DNA of 63,924 nt, counting the filler, from Neolecta irregularis DAH-3 (taxonomy: Eukaryota), in the NCBI GenBank assembly GCA_001929475.1. It is 10 parts of 10 records of this genome, joined end to end, with 100 filler letters (N's around TTAATTAATTAA, not from the genome) between each part and the next. Parts side by side here need not be neighbours in the genome. Positions count along the whole stretch, not along the records: positions 12,238 to 16,898 come from LXFE01000728.1; positions 16,999 to 25,427 come from LXFE01000731.1; 8 more parts are not named here. One strand, given 5' to 3'. The number at the start of each line of letters is the position of its first letter. Positions within the stretch are counted from its first letter, which is position 1. Below, piece by piece: positions 13,467-25,527 of the stretch. Position numbers and translations under genes: made by a program. The notes under the pieces are model-generated. The model made no database searches, was not told where the DNA came from, and saw nothing but the letters and a program-made list of their open reading frames with translations.

Positions 13467-13585
13467 GAAGGAAGGCTTGCATGAATATTGTGGCAATTAA
13501 ATTGTAGAACATAGATAGGCGGTTCATACCTAGCCAAGTCGCCCATACTTAGGATGTCCCAGGAAGTCGCCCATACTTGGGCTAG
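13467..13585. repeat. Diverged dispersed repeat shared with window positions 1-130
   Basis: gaaggaaggcttgca..aatattg.ggcaatt.aa.ttgta...agataggc.gttcat..cctagccaagt followed by an internal tandem duplication in both copies. Confidence 0.75.
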
Positions 13586-13669
13586 AAACAATATAACCTA
13601 GTCTTATTGGGCTTCAATACTTACATAAACTGTCAAGTCTATCAAGTCCAATCATGTAAAGCAAGCAGC

Positions 13670-13972
13670 GTTCCTGGACCAAATAGACCATCCAAGTGGA
13701 CCAGACCAGACCGGCAATAATTTGGTCCAGACGGACCAGACCAAAGGGTCAAGTCGGTCTGGACGGTATGATAGACTGATACATAGTTAGTAGTTAAGAA
13801 TAGTAGAGGAGAAAAGGTACTTGTTTAAGGGAATCCTGTAGAGGCGCGAGGCAATTGAAGTTGGCTTTAGCAGTGAAGAAAAGTGGTAGTGGCGGTGGTA
13901 GTGCCGGTAGTCTTGGTGGTCCGTCTGGACCACTGGATTCCTTCATGGACCGGTTCAGTCCGTCTGGACCAT
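13670..13972. repeat. GACC/GGTC-rich inverted-repeat element (MITE-like or transposon subterminal repeats)
   Basis: ggtccagacggacc at ~13724 is mirrored by ggtccgtctggacc at ~13917 and ~13956; related motif at 56789-56832. Confidence 0.5.
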
Positions 13973-14752
13973 CCTATACATTCAGAAAATATTTTCTAAC
14001 AGATATATATTGCTTGGTTACAATGGAATTCTTTGTATTAACAATGATGTATCCTGTTGTCAACTTCCTCATCCCAAGGTCCTTTTGGTCGTCCAATTGT
14101 GCTGCGGACATTGCAATAATACGTTGGACACCCTGCTTCATAACTAGTACCAGGCCCTCGTAGAATCTAGCAATAGGTTGTTCTTTTCCATGAAAGATAA
14201 CACGAGGTGCCAATATTATCCAACCGTCCTTGTGCAGATACAGGACTACTTATCAAGAATGAGCCATGTCATTGTAGTAAAATCATGGAATCAGATAACC
14301 AGAAAATACCACGTGTACGAGTTTCTTTTTGGAATCGATCCCGAAACTTGAGAGAGAAATTGTCGTTTCGCGATCTCAACTATTTGGCTTGATAAAGTAA
14401 TGAATGGTGATTTTTTCGTCCGACTCAGATCCGCTTCCGGGCCGACCAAGTACAAGAACCATTTCACCTATTGTGTATGATGTTTGTTGTTTGTGATAGG
14501 CATGGTTTGTTGTTTACACGGAAGAATACTATTTTCTGAACGTCACTCTCACACCTCCTTCTGATTCCTAGTGATCACTTTCCAGGCCAGGAATCATATT
14601 AAGATTCGGCCTCAAATAAAATATTCCAACTGCAATGCCCGCATTCAGAAGCATTTGCTTTCAAGAAGAGTCAGTCATTCGCTCTTTTCGGATTGTAAAA
14701 TGTTATTTAAAGGCGAGGTGCCCGCCCTATCTTTTTCAATTTGTCACGAACA

Positions 14753-15205
14753 ATGTTGTCGATAATTTTGTACATCGCCTTGTGTGGAAAGCTTTCCTTT
14801 GCAGCGCTAAGTGATAAACTTCTTGATGACAAATTTGTTGAGGTTCAGGTGCCCCACATCTCATTAGATCGCGAATATTTGCACCCATCTCAAATTGTCC
14901 GTTGCGAAAGCGATTCCCACCTTGTGGAAACTAGCGACGGATATGACGTTGTCGCAACTGATTATCAAACCAATTTTATCATTTCCAGTCAGGATGATAA
15001 ATGTGCTTTGGCCTGCTTCAAGAACCCTTCGTGTGCTGGTTTCCTGATCGTAGTGGATTATCGAAAAATGCCCCGCCCCATCTTCTGCTACCTATTTAAT
15101 GAAGGATCGGAGGTGAAACTTGTGCCCACGAAAGATGATAGTTTAATGTTGAATGGCTACTACAGGATCAAGAATAGGGTTAGTTGGGATTTAAAAGTCA
15201 TCTGA
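14753..15205 (+). CDS. Small secreted protein with PAN/apple-like Cys motif
   Basis: Signal peptide MLSIILYIALCGKLSFA; CALACFKNPSCAGF...CYLF pattern; intronless ~150 aa. Confidence 0.7.
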   Translation: MLSIILYIALCGKLSFAALSDKLLDDKFVEVQVPHISLDREYLHPSQIVRCESDSHLVETSDGYDVVATDYQTNFIISSQDDKCALACFKNPSCAGFLIVVDYRKMPRPIFCYLFNEGSEVKLVPTKDDSLMLNGYYRIKNRVSWDLKVI

Positions 15206-15604
15206 TGTTTTAGACGCAAAGGAAATTCAGCAAGACTCTTTCAGATATTGATGTCATTACTCAAAAGTAATGCCACAGGTACAGGATGTAATTCAACAAT
15301 AATATTGTAATTCAATTAATGTCAATTGACTATTTCCTGCCCTGCCTACCAAAATTTTACGCCTCCAGACACCCGCTCACGACTGGGATCTCCAGCTTCT
15401 GCTGCCATTGCACTCCGACGACGCTGCCCTCGGAAAGCACCGACAGCCCTGGTCAGCAAGTAAGCAAGCAAGTCTGGTTAAGGTAAATGACTGATAATCT
15501 GGCTTCCTAACCTGTTTATTTAAAGCTGAGAAAGTAGTAACTGCAAAATAACAATCAATCACCATACATCAACTTCTAATTCTCTTCTGCTGGATCATGA
15601 AATT

Positions 15605-16898
15605 CTATTCAAAAGCAAGCTCCTGATGTTTCTTCAAATCCTCCTCATCGGTCTCCCCCTCCTCGAGCAGGTTTCCCAACTCAAACGCTTCCGCATCGAC
15701 TTGCATCTCTAACTCATTCCCTTCCAGGGAGTCATTGGCAGGCATCTCTTTTGGACATTCGTATACATGAATCAGAAACAACACATCTCCAGTCAGCCAC
15801 ATCAAAATGAAACACCCACAGAGATAAGATAGAAAGGCCACACTGTAAACCAGCAGCACATCCGTCACTGCATCGATATGCATGCTGTCCAACAGTTGAA
15901 GTTGCTCCTCATTCGCAGACATCAATAACAGCCCCGAAGACACCATGAGCTAACATTAACAAAAGCCACACACATATCTTGCGAATGGTGGCAAATATTG
16001 ATAGCTCTCGATTTTGCCATTCTCATTTGGACTGCTTTCTTTCAGGATATTCTCTAAAATCTTAAAACATCCAGCCCCAATAAGAGACCACCCAAATGCA
16101 GCATGCACCTTTGTAGAAATCTCCAGATGCTGTGCGTGTTGGTTCATCGCCCACCCAGTTAGTATAATCACCAACGATGGCACAAATGTCCGGCTTGGTC
16201 CATTCCGCTGAGAAGAAAAAATGCCCAGTAACCCAGCTGCCCACCAGATAATTCCTGCCCTCAGCAGAAATTTATAAATTCATACCAATTGAAGTGTGCT
16301 GGAGATCTTTGTGGCTCCACGCCTCATTCCACCGATGTTCCGTGAATGTATTAACAAATCCTGCCGTCAATTCAACATCCCACATTTCATACCCCATATA
16401 CATATCACCGCCGAGTCGTAAAAGTCCATACTCTTACCCTGTCGTTTAAGCCACTCTTGACCAAAAATCATCATCAAAGTCATCACTATCCCGTATCCGA
16501 TAAAACCACTCCCCATAATAAAATGGGCAGCACATTGCCCCGTATAACCCCCACGGCAAAACCCAAGTGCAGTAATACCCCCAAACACAATCTGCACATA
16601 CGACAATACTGGTATCAACTTTCCCATTATAGAGTGTACCGGAACAACAAACGACAGTATTTTGCCAAAGGTAGGAGTGTTGTAATGACCCTTTAAAAGT
16701 ATCCCAAAAGATACTTGAAAAAATATAATCGTAAGTAACCACGGTGCGAAATTCGAGTGAATATTGGACTGGAATTGTCGGCCTTTATGCGCATGTCCTA
16801 GAAAATATCCCAAAACTACTTTAAACAACCCTATCGGAACGACAACGTACCCATTAATACCGTCCCTGTAATCTGCACAGGAACATGCCATCGAGACT
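15605..16898 (-). CDS. YTP1: YTP1/DUF2427-family multi-pass membrane protein (5' truncated by gap)
   Basis: GYFLGHAHKGRQF, GITALGFCRG...GQCAAHFIMGSGFIGYG, VHAAFG, LMSANEEQL. Confidence 0.85.
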
Positions 16899-16998
16899 NN
16901 NNNNNNNNNNNNNNNNNNNNNNNNNNNNNNNNNNNNNNNNNNTTAATTAATTAANNNNNNNNNNNNNNNNNNNNNNNNNNNNNNNNNNNNNNNNNNNN

Positions 16999-17109
16999 CT
17001 GCGCGACGCTGCCCGTGGACGCCGCCGTCTGCAGCACCATCGACCGCGGCGTCTCCGCGTCCTCGCCGCTCGCCCCGTGCGTGCGTTTTTTTTGTCGTCG
17101 GCGGGGCAT
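16999..17109 (-). CDS. SSF1: Brix-domain ribosome biogenesis protein Ssf1/Peter Pan, N-terminus only (runs into gap)
   Basis: MPRRRQKKRTHGASGEDAETPRSMVLQTAASTGSVAQ matches the Ssf1 N-terminus (RRR.KKRTH...P.SMV); head-to-head with RRP3. Confidence 0.75.
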
Positions 17110-17166
17110 GGCGTAGCGTCGCGAGTGGTGAAAATTCCCGCCGTCGAACGACCCCGTCGCATCCCA

Positions 17167-18625
17167 ATGCCAGACCCAGTCGCATCTCCCGCACGACCCA
17201 GTCTCGTCTCAATACCAGACCCAGTCGCATCTCCCAATGCCAGTCCCAGTCCCATTTCCCAATGCCCGACCCAGTCCCACCTCCCAGCGCCAGACCCAGC
17301 CTCGTTTTCATCCCTCAATGTCATCAAAGAACTCTGCGATGCCTGCGACTCGCTCAAATACACCCGGCCCACCCCCATCCAGTGCCAGGCCATCCCCTGG
17401 GCCCTCCAGGGCAGAGACATCATCGGCATCGCCCACACCGGTAACCCCCCTCCCTGCCGTTGCTAACCCCCAGGAAGCGGCAAAACGGCAGCCTTTGCCC
17501 TGCCAATAATCCAGGCCCTGTGGCAAAACCCCGCCCCCCTCTTCGCCTGCGTCCTCGCCCCAACTAGAGAACTCGCCTTTCAGATCGCCCTCCAGTTTGA
17601 AGCCCTCGGTGCCCAGATAGGCCTCAAGGTCGCGGTCGTCGTCGGTGGCATGGACATGATGTCCCAAAGCCTCGCCCTCATGAAACGTCCCCACATCATC
17701 GTATGTACCCCAGGCCGTCTCCAGGACCACCTCGAAAACACAAAGGGCTTCTCCCTCCGCTCCCTGAAATACCTCGTCCTCGACGAAGCAGACAGACTCC
17801 TAGACATGGACTTTGGCCCCATCATCGACAAAATACTCAAAATTATCCCCAGAGACAGACACACTTATCTCTTCTCCGCTACAATGACCTCAAAAGTAGA
17901 CAAACTCCAACGCGCTTCCCTCTCAAATCCAGTCCGCGTCGCCGTGTCCACAAAATACAGCACAGTAGATACCCTCCTCCAATCATACATCTTTTTCCCT
18001 TTCAAACACAAAGATACATATCTAGTCTACATCCTCAACGAACTCGCCGGCCACTCTCTAATCATATTCACTCGAACTTGCAACGATTGCCAACGTATCG
18101 CCATAATGCTACGCCATCTGGGCTTCGCAGCCGTCCCCTTGAACGGCCAAATGACCCAATCAACCCGTCTAGGCGCCCTAAACAAATTCAAAAGCGGATC
18201 TAGACAAATCCTCGTCGCTACGGACGTCGCTGCCCGCGGTCTAGACATGTATTCCTCCCTTGGTTTAAATTTCTTAGTCTAGTCCCCTCGTTGATTACGT
18301 CATTAATTTCGATATACCGACTGATTCGAAAGCGTATATTCACCGCGTAGGTCGAACGGCACGTGCCGGCCGGGCTGGAAAATCATTATCCCTGGTAACC
18401 CAATATGACCTTGAGCTATTCCTCCGTATTGAATCAGCTACCGGGAAAAAAATGGCGGAATATGAAATTGACAAGGAAGCTGTGTTGCTCTTATCGGAAC
18501 GTGTTGGAGAAGCGCAGCGGCAGGCTGTGTTGGATATGAAGGAGCTACATTTAAAAAGGGATAAAGGTGGGAAATATAGTAAAAAGAGACGGAGAGATGA
18601 GATGGATCGTGAAGAGGAGGTGTAA
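17167..18625 (+). CDS. RRP3: DEAD-box rRNA helicase Rrp3 (DDX47)
   Basis: Q motif [68 protein letters not shown]. Confidence 0.93.
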
Positions 18626-18648
18626 ATATAGTATACATATCACATTTT

Positions 18649-21629
18649 TCATACATGTCTTTCTAGAAGAAAAGAACTGATCAATACAGCTATAGAGCCT
18701 ATTGCCATTACCAATATTATCCATATAGACCCCAGTCGATGGCCGCTAGGATAAATCACCCCAGCAGCCAGAGGAATAAAACTGATATTCAAAATCATTG
18801 CCCTAGAATTAGTCAACCAGCTATTAAATGACGCACCATATAAAATTCAGTACGACTCTTTTGTGAATAGCCTGCGCGAGTGTGAAAAAATCTATCAATG
18901 CAAGGATACCATTACCCGTCATGACAAAATTGGCTGAATTCCTCGCGACTTGGTTTGCATTTGACAAAGCTATACCTACATCTGCTGAAGCCAATGCTGC
19001 TGCGTCATTAATTCCATCACCGACCATTGCCACAATCTTTTTACGTCGATCAAGAGAAGAATGTTGAAGTTGTTTAATTTTAACGGATTTTTGATCAGGT
19101 GAATTACATCCCATCACATTATTCACTGGAATCCCTACTTTTCGAGATATAGCGAGGGTGGTGGTGGTATCATCGCCCGATATACACCAGACACTAATCC
19201 CTTTTGCTTTCAATTTTGCAATCACACCAGGTGCTTCAGGACGAATTAGATCCGAAGCAGCGAGTTGAGCAACGATGATAAATGGCGCTGAATCAGAGAT
19301 TCGCACAGCTAATAACGTAATTGATTTTCCTTCTTCTTTCCATCGGTCTAGTGTTGCTTGAAATAATCCAGGCGCAAGCAACGCTTCGTGATTAATCATG
19401 AAAACTTCATTCCCGACAATAGCATCGTATTCGAGTCGATTGACTCTAATAAACCCGTGTATTCCACGACATGGTATTTCTTCAATATCACGGACTTGAA
19501 CGGGACTATCGCAATTGCCTACCCAATCGAGTATCGCAGCGGCAATAGGATGAGCTGATTCTTCTTCAAGTGCATTTAAAAGTAACCTTGCTACTTTATC
19601 GAATTGGTCTGCAATCCGCCAATCGGTGATTTTAAGTATGCCTTGGGTAATCGTCCCAGTCTTGTCAAAAACCACAATATCAACACAACTTGCATCGTAA
19701 ATGGCTTCCCCGGGACCTTGAACTGTAATATTCTTTTTCTTGAGGAGTTTTGTACCAGCGATGAGACATGACGGTACAGCAAGCGCCATTCCGCAGGGAC
19801 TCCCAATTAACAACACCGTAATACCAAACTTGTGACAAAATATGACCAGTCCACCTTCTTTGTTGAGAGCTTGCACGGATAAACCCCCGGAAAGCGTGAT
19901 TAAAAGCCATACTATCAGCGTGGTGACTGAGAGATAAATGATTATAGGCATATAATAAGCTGCTACTGTCTCTCCGAGGTTTTCGATTGTCGATCGAGAA
20001 GACCGAGATTCACAGATTACCGACACAATATTTTCTAGCCTATCGTCATTAGAATTTATTGTAAATTTACTTGCATTGTGTTGTCGTAAATCGCTTGCAC
20101 TTTCACAGACACGGAATTCTTCCTGTTGACGGATCCAGCGAATACTTTCTCTCCCGTGTATTTCCCAATAGGCTGACTCTCACCAGTCAGACTCGTTTCA
20201 TCAAAATTGGAATATCCCCACAAAACCTGTCCGTCTACAGGTGCCACTGCCCCCGGCAAAATTCGAACAACATCATCCACTTCAATCAACTCGATTCTGG
20301 TGATTAGTAACTCTCCATGTTCCTCGAGAAGAGCAGTTTTAGGGTAGCAACAGGAAACAGTCTGAGGCGATTTGGCGGTCTGCGCATTGTTGTATGATTC
20401 AAGGAAAGTGCCCAGGAAGACGAAAAAAGCGTGCAAAACAGTACAATCTAAAGACGTCGCGATAGATACTTGGTCATTCGGTGCTTTAACGGCAGATATG
20501 ATAAAAAATATCAACGAGGCAACGTATGAGACGGTCGATCCAAGAGATACCTGTCAATTTGTCAATCAAGTAGCTACATTGAAAACTTATACCAAAAGGT
20601 CCATCGATCCAAATTTCAGAAATCTTTGTGTCCATGATGCTTTGGAACCTCGGCGCCAAAGAATCCACAGACTTTGAAGAGCTCGTCGAAGAAAAATATA
20701 TACAATCATAAATTGAGCCGGTGTTGCAAGGACTAATAGAATTATGAAACCACTATAACTGGTTAGCTAGCAGAAATAATGGGGACATACACAGAAACAT
20801 TTCCAATGACCTTTTTGTCAAACCTTGTCGACATGCTTTCCGGCAGAATGGTCATGTAAATGATTCCAATGATAACAGTTGGAATAGCCAATAATGAACA
20901 AGCTACAAGCCGTAAGAAAGACGCCCGTTGTTCTTTGATCCTGGAAGCTCGAGCAAGTTCTTCAGGTACCGGTGGGCTTACGAGTTCTGTGGAAAATCCA
21001 AGGGAATAGATAAGGTTGAAGATTGATCGGGCAGTGAATACTGGTGGAGCAGGAATATAGGCAACTGTAATGATTGATTCTCCAGAGAGCACTGGCGGAA
21101 TTTGAACCGAGGTTATAGGCAGATCGCTGAGACCCTTGTGAAGCACTTGAAGAGAATCACTAGTCATCAGTCATTAACCCGTATTGTTTACTTGCATGTA
21201 ATGTAATCCCGAAACTCTGATATCTAATGTTCTCGTCTCTAAAGGTGGGCTCTGGCTTCCGTTCATCAACTCTGAAGATGGCTTGATGGACAATTCAGGC
21301 ATAGAAACTTGGCCAACTTTCATCACAGAAGCATCAAATCCCTTCTCTTTGATAATATCTCGGACTTTACGTATTTGATCTTGCGACTCGACAACAACAC
21401 TTGCCGAAAATCTGGACAGATCGATATTTATATCTTTAATGAAATCGTATTTCTCGAGTGCGCTCTTGATGTCTTCTGCGCATGATTTACTCGTCATACC
21501 ACCGATCGATAAATGAACCTTGTAAGCCTCGACCACCAGAGCCGAGCCAGTCATTTCGTTCAAGTACGAATTCGCATAAGAATAGTACGACAGATTTTCT
21601 GATTCAGCCGTATGAAAGCTACTTGACAT
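18649..21629 (-). CDS. P1B-type heavy-metal ATPase with non-canonical metal ligands, multi-exon
   Basis: HMA-like domains, LTGES, DKTGT, SAHPIA, GDGINDA; TM motif SPC instead of CPC. Confidence 0.9.
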
Positions 21630-22229
21630 TTGTGAGAGAGAAACGTTAATCGACACAAGGTAGTTTGATATATAGTCTCTACAAAGAACAGAGAACAGGA
21701 AAAATGACGGCAGCGCCTTTGTTTAGGAACGCACGAATTCTTCGAAACATGATATGCCAGCACATCGTTTTGTTTTCCATTTGTCCGCCAGGCCCTGCAA
21801 TCATTGGCATTGGGGTGGCCCAGAACAAACAGGTTTGGAAATGGATTCTTTCGAGAAAGAAGTTGTAAGTGATGTGTTGGTTCTTCATCCAATGGACAAA
21901 TGCATGCAAATAGGATGCTAGTAAAATGCTGTGATTGACCTTGTAACGAAAAGAGACTGAGACTATGGTCTTTGTTGAGGAAAAATCTCGATTTCGAGTT
22001 TCAAAGTATAAGCTATGGCAAAGACATGTCTATCTGACAGTGCCGAAAATCTTGATGCAGAAGCTCTGCGACTCTGAAAACTCGGGACAAATGTAGCAGA
22101 GTTAAAGTTCGTTAGTCATATCAATTACCTGCCGATAAATCTGTCTTACTTGTCACTAATTAAGTGCAATTCAGCACCACCAAATATCTCATATTATCGC
22201 GCATTATCTCGCATCACGATAACCATCTT

Positions 22230-23855
22230 ATGTCCACCTGTCATGCTTGCGGGAGCTCAGATTTACAGGCGGACGGCGCATCAGGAACAACTTTCTGTGC
22301 GTCCTGTGGAGTAATCGTCGAAGAAAATGCTATCGTTTCTGAGATTACCTTTGGTGAAGCAAGTAGCGGTGCCGCTGTCGTCCAGGGCAGTTTTGTTGGT
22401 GCAGATCAGAGTATGCCTTTTACTGCTGAAAATATGCTAAAACATTTTAGCACATGCGAGAATGGGTGGGTTGAGAAAGCAGGGAAGTATGGAAAGTCGG
22501 GAACAGACTATTCAAAACGGTATAGCCCTAATACCAGAAAGTCAAACTGACCTTCCGAGGAAGACGGCGAATGATCGCGCTTGCAAATGCTCTCCGTTTA
22601 TCAGAACGTGTCGCCGAATCTGCCCATCGCTATTTCATACTTGCAGTAAATAACAATTTCATCAAAGGTCGGCGGAGTCAATACGTCATAGCGAGCTGCC
22701 TTTACATCATCTGTCGAAACGAAAAGACTAGTCATATGCTGATTGACTTTTCCGATATCCTCCAAATCAATGTCTTCGTTCTCGGTTCGACATTTCTAAA
22801 ATTACTGCGATGTCTTAATATATCATTACCGATAGTCGATCCAAGTCTATATATCGCGAGATTCGCGGCTATGCTAGACTACGGAAACGAGACTCAAAAG
22901 GTTGCTGGTGATGCTACTCGTTTGGTACAAAGGATGGACCGAGACTGGATGCATACTGGCCGTCGTCCAGCGGGTATTTGCGGTGCAGGTATATTTGTTG
23001 CCCAAAGTATTGCTGATGTATTAGCTCTTCTCATTGCTTCGCGGATGAATAATTTCTGTCGGAGTATCAGAGAAGTAGTGCACGTTGTCAAGGTAGCAGA
23101 CGTGACACTTCAAAAGCGGTATGCTAGTCTGCTAGAGTACGATCTGAATTATATAGACTCGACGAATTCAAAGCAACACCTTCTGGGAATCTCACCATTG
23201 AGGAATTTCAGACGGTATGGCTTGAACAGAGCAACGATCCACCTGCATATATCCGCAACAAGAAAGCTGAGAAGAAAAAGAAAAAGATCGGACATCTTCC
23301 TGCGAGTGATAGTGAAGATAACGGGGAAACCTCGGACACTTTAGGTGTAATATCAATCACCGATGCAGATATCGACCCTGTATTGTTGAGAGGCATGCAA
23401 GGCTTTATACAGGATGAGAATGCTATAAAAATGTCAACGAATATAGAGGGTAGTAAGTCTAGCATTGCATGTGAATGTGTACTGATGAGTCAGCGTCACC
23501 CACCTATATGAAGAAACTGCCGATCAGTGACGGAGCCGACGATCTATCGGATGTTGACGATGACGAAATTGAAAGCGTCTTATTAAATGAACGAGAAATA
23601 TCACTCAAGACCCAAGTGTGGATGGAACTTAATAAAGACTATCTTGCAGAACAAGAAGCCAAACGTTTGAGAAATGAAGCCGATAAGAAAGCTGGTATCG
23701 ATCGTCAACCGAAGAAGCGAAAACGCCATAGACCAAAGGATTCAAGTCATCCTGATTTGCCAGAAACACCGGCAGAAAGTGCGAAATTATTAATACAGAA
23801 GAAGGCTTTTTCAAAAAAGATCAATTATGCTGCATTGGATCACTTGTTTGATTGA
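22230..23855 (+). CDS. BRF1: TFIIIB subunit Brf1
   Basis: Zn ribbon CHACGS...CASCG, IVSEITFGE, KGRRSQYVIASCLYIICR, DWMHTGRRPAGICGA, C-terminal FSKKINY. Confidence 0.95.
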
Positions 23856-23997
23856 TGAAAATTCGTTTGTTTTCTAAAGTACACATGGAGCTTAGGGTGT
23901 GATCACGTCTAGTGGACAAGGTTTTGGGGATTTTCTTTTTCTATTTCACTTAAAAAGTATATATATTAATATTCAAGGCGGTCTGTCGAGTCTCTCT

Positions 23998-24566
23998 TCA
24001 ATTCTGGGGAATCCCGCTTTGGTATGCCTCGATACAATCATAAGTTATAGCAAACGTTACGTTTGCTTGACGGCCAAAAAAACTACCCAGCGTTAATCCA
24101 GTATTTGGATTGATGGATAAACTACCTTCGAATAATTAGATTCCATTGTTTGATATTGCTGGTATCTAAACTTTTGGCACCTGTTTGAACGCGTCCGTAC
24201 AAAGTGGGTTGCAGCTCATCAAATCGCACACGATATTCCTGAATCTCATCCGTATTTTTAGAAACGAAATTGTAAGCGTAATCTATCGAAGCCTTATTTT
24301 GATCCTCCGGAAGATCCGTATTAACAGACACGGTATATTCAAGCCCTAGATATTGACCCCGGTGATAAAAGAAATGAGCTACCATCTCCTTTGATTACCG
24401 AAAATATGATACCATCATATTGTGACAGATCCCAATGTCCATTTGATTTTTGGGCTGCAAAACCCCCGGATCCCTTTATTTGGTCTGTAAGATATCCTTC
24501 GAAAGTAGCCCAGGCGTTTACGCGAAAATATGTCGGAGCATTTTAATTTCCGCCAAAATAAAGCAT
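23998..24566 (-). pseudogene. CIA30-family (NDUFAF1-like) gene, 5' end disrupted
   Basis: Spliced: ATFEGYL...GGFAAQK...WDLSQYDGI...GDG/LEYT...LQPTLYGR...LDTSNIKQWNLIIR/SFFGRQ; upstream MLYFGGN is followed by an in-frame TAA and the DDRVRGG segment is absent. Confidence 0.65.
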
Positions 24567-25527
24567 ATTCCCTTCTTTAGAATAGTGTGGCTTTTCAAAA
24601 TAGTGGCTGGCGAACACGGCCTAAATAACACTATGCAGCCCTTCTCCTCCCATGTCTCCTCCCTAACTGCCTACCTACCGGCCTTGCCTGCCCGCCTTGC
24701 CAATCCATCTCGCCAGCCTCTTCCATCTCACCCTCGTCGCGCTCTTCTCGCCCGCCTCGCCTGCCTGTCTCGCCCGCCTCTCCCGTCTATCTCTCCGCCT
24801 CTCCCGCCCGTCTCGTCAACAACTTACGCTTGCCGTCCGTCCGAAGCACTCGTCTGCCACCACCCAAATCAGTTGTCACATTATAGGCCCGGCCCTGCCC
24901 ATGGGCCTGGCCAGACCCTCAGAAAAGCCAATAGGCTTCGGCCCGTCCCCAACACTGAGGATAGCGGGCGTATACGCTGCAGATTTTCTACCGTGTCTGG
25001 TGCAGTGTGTCCAACCGCCCTTGGACACACTTGTCGGGTGGTGATTGAAGGAAGCTGTGGCTGTTGCAGAGTGGGTAATAGTAGCTGCGAGATGTCTCGC
25101 ACAACCATGTTACTTTCGGACAGGAAGTAATAAACAGTACGTACGACTAACAAACAAACAAACAAACAAAAATCTCCTACGCGAAACCACAACTTGGCCA
25201 AGTCAGACGCAATAAATACATGTAGAAGAAATTATCAAGATAATCATTCCACACCCTCTCATACTAAGGNNNNNNNNNNCCAGACGCAATAAATACATGT
25301 AGAAGAAATTATCAAGATAATCATTCCACACCCTCTCATACTAAGGTGTACCCCGGTTGCCACTTTCTGCCATCGGGTGTTTTACCTGTGAGAGCCATTG
25401 CGGCAAACTTTTTACCCATTTCCGATTNNNNNNNNNNNNNNNNNNNNNNNNNNNNNNNNNNNNNNNNNNNNTTAATTAATTAANNNNNNNNNNNNNNNNN
25501 NNNNNNNNNNNNNNNNNNNNNNNNNNN

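Noticed and set aside
24450-25201. Long Pro/Leu/Arg-rich ORFs
   Set aside because: Arise from pyrimidine-rich low-complexity sequence and antisense to the CIA30 relic
25204-25346. 66-bp direct duplication
   Set aside because: Exact copies either side of a 10-N scaffold gap; likely unmerged contig overlap
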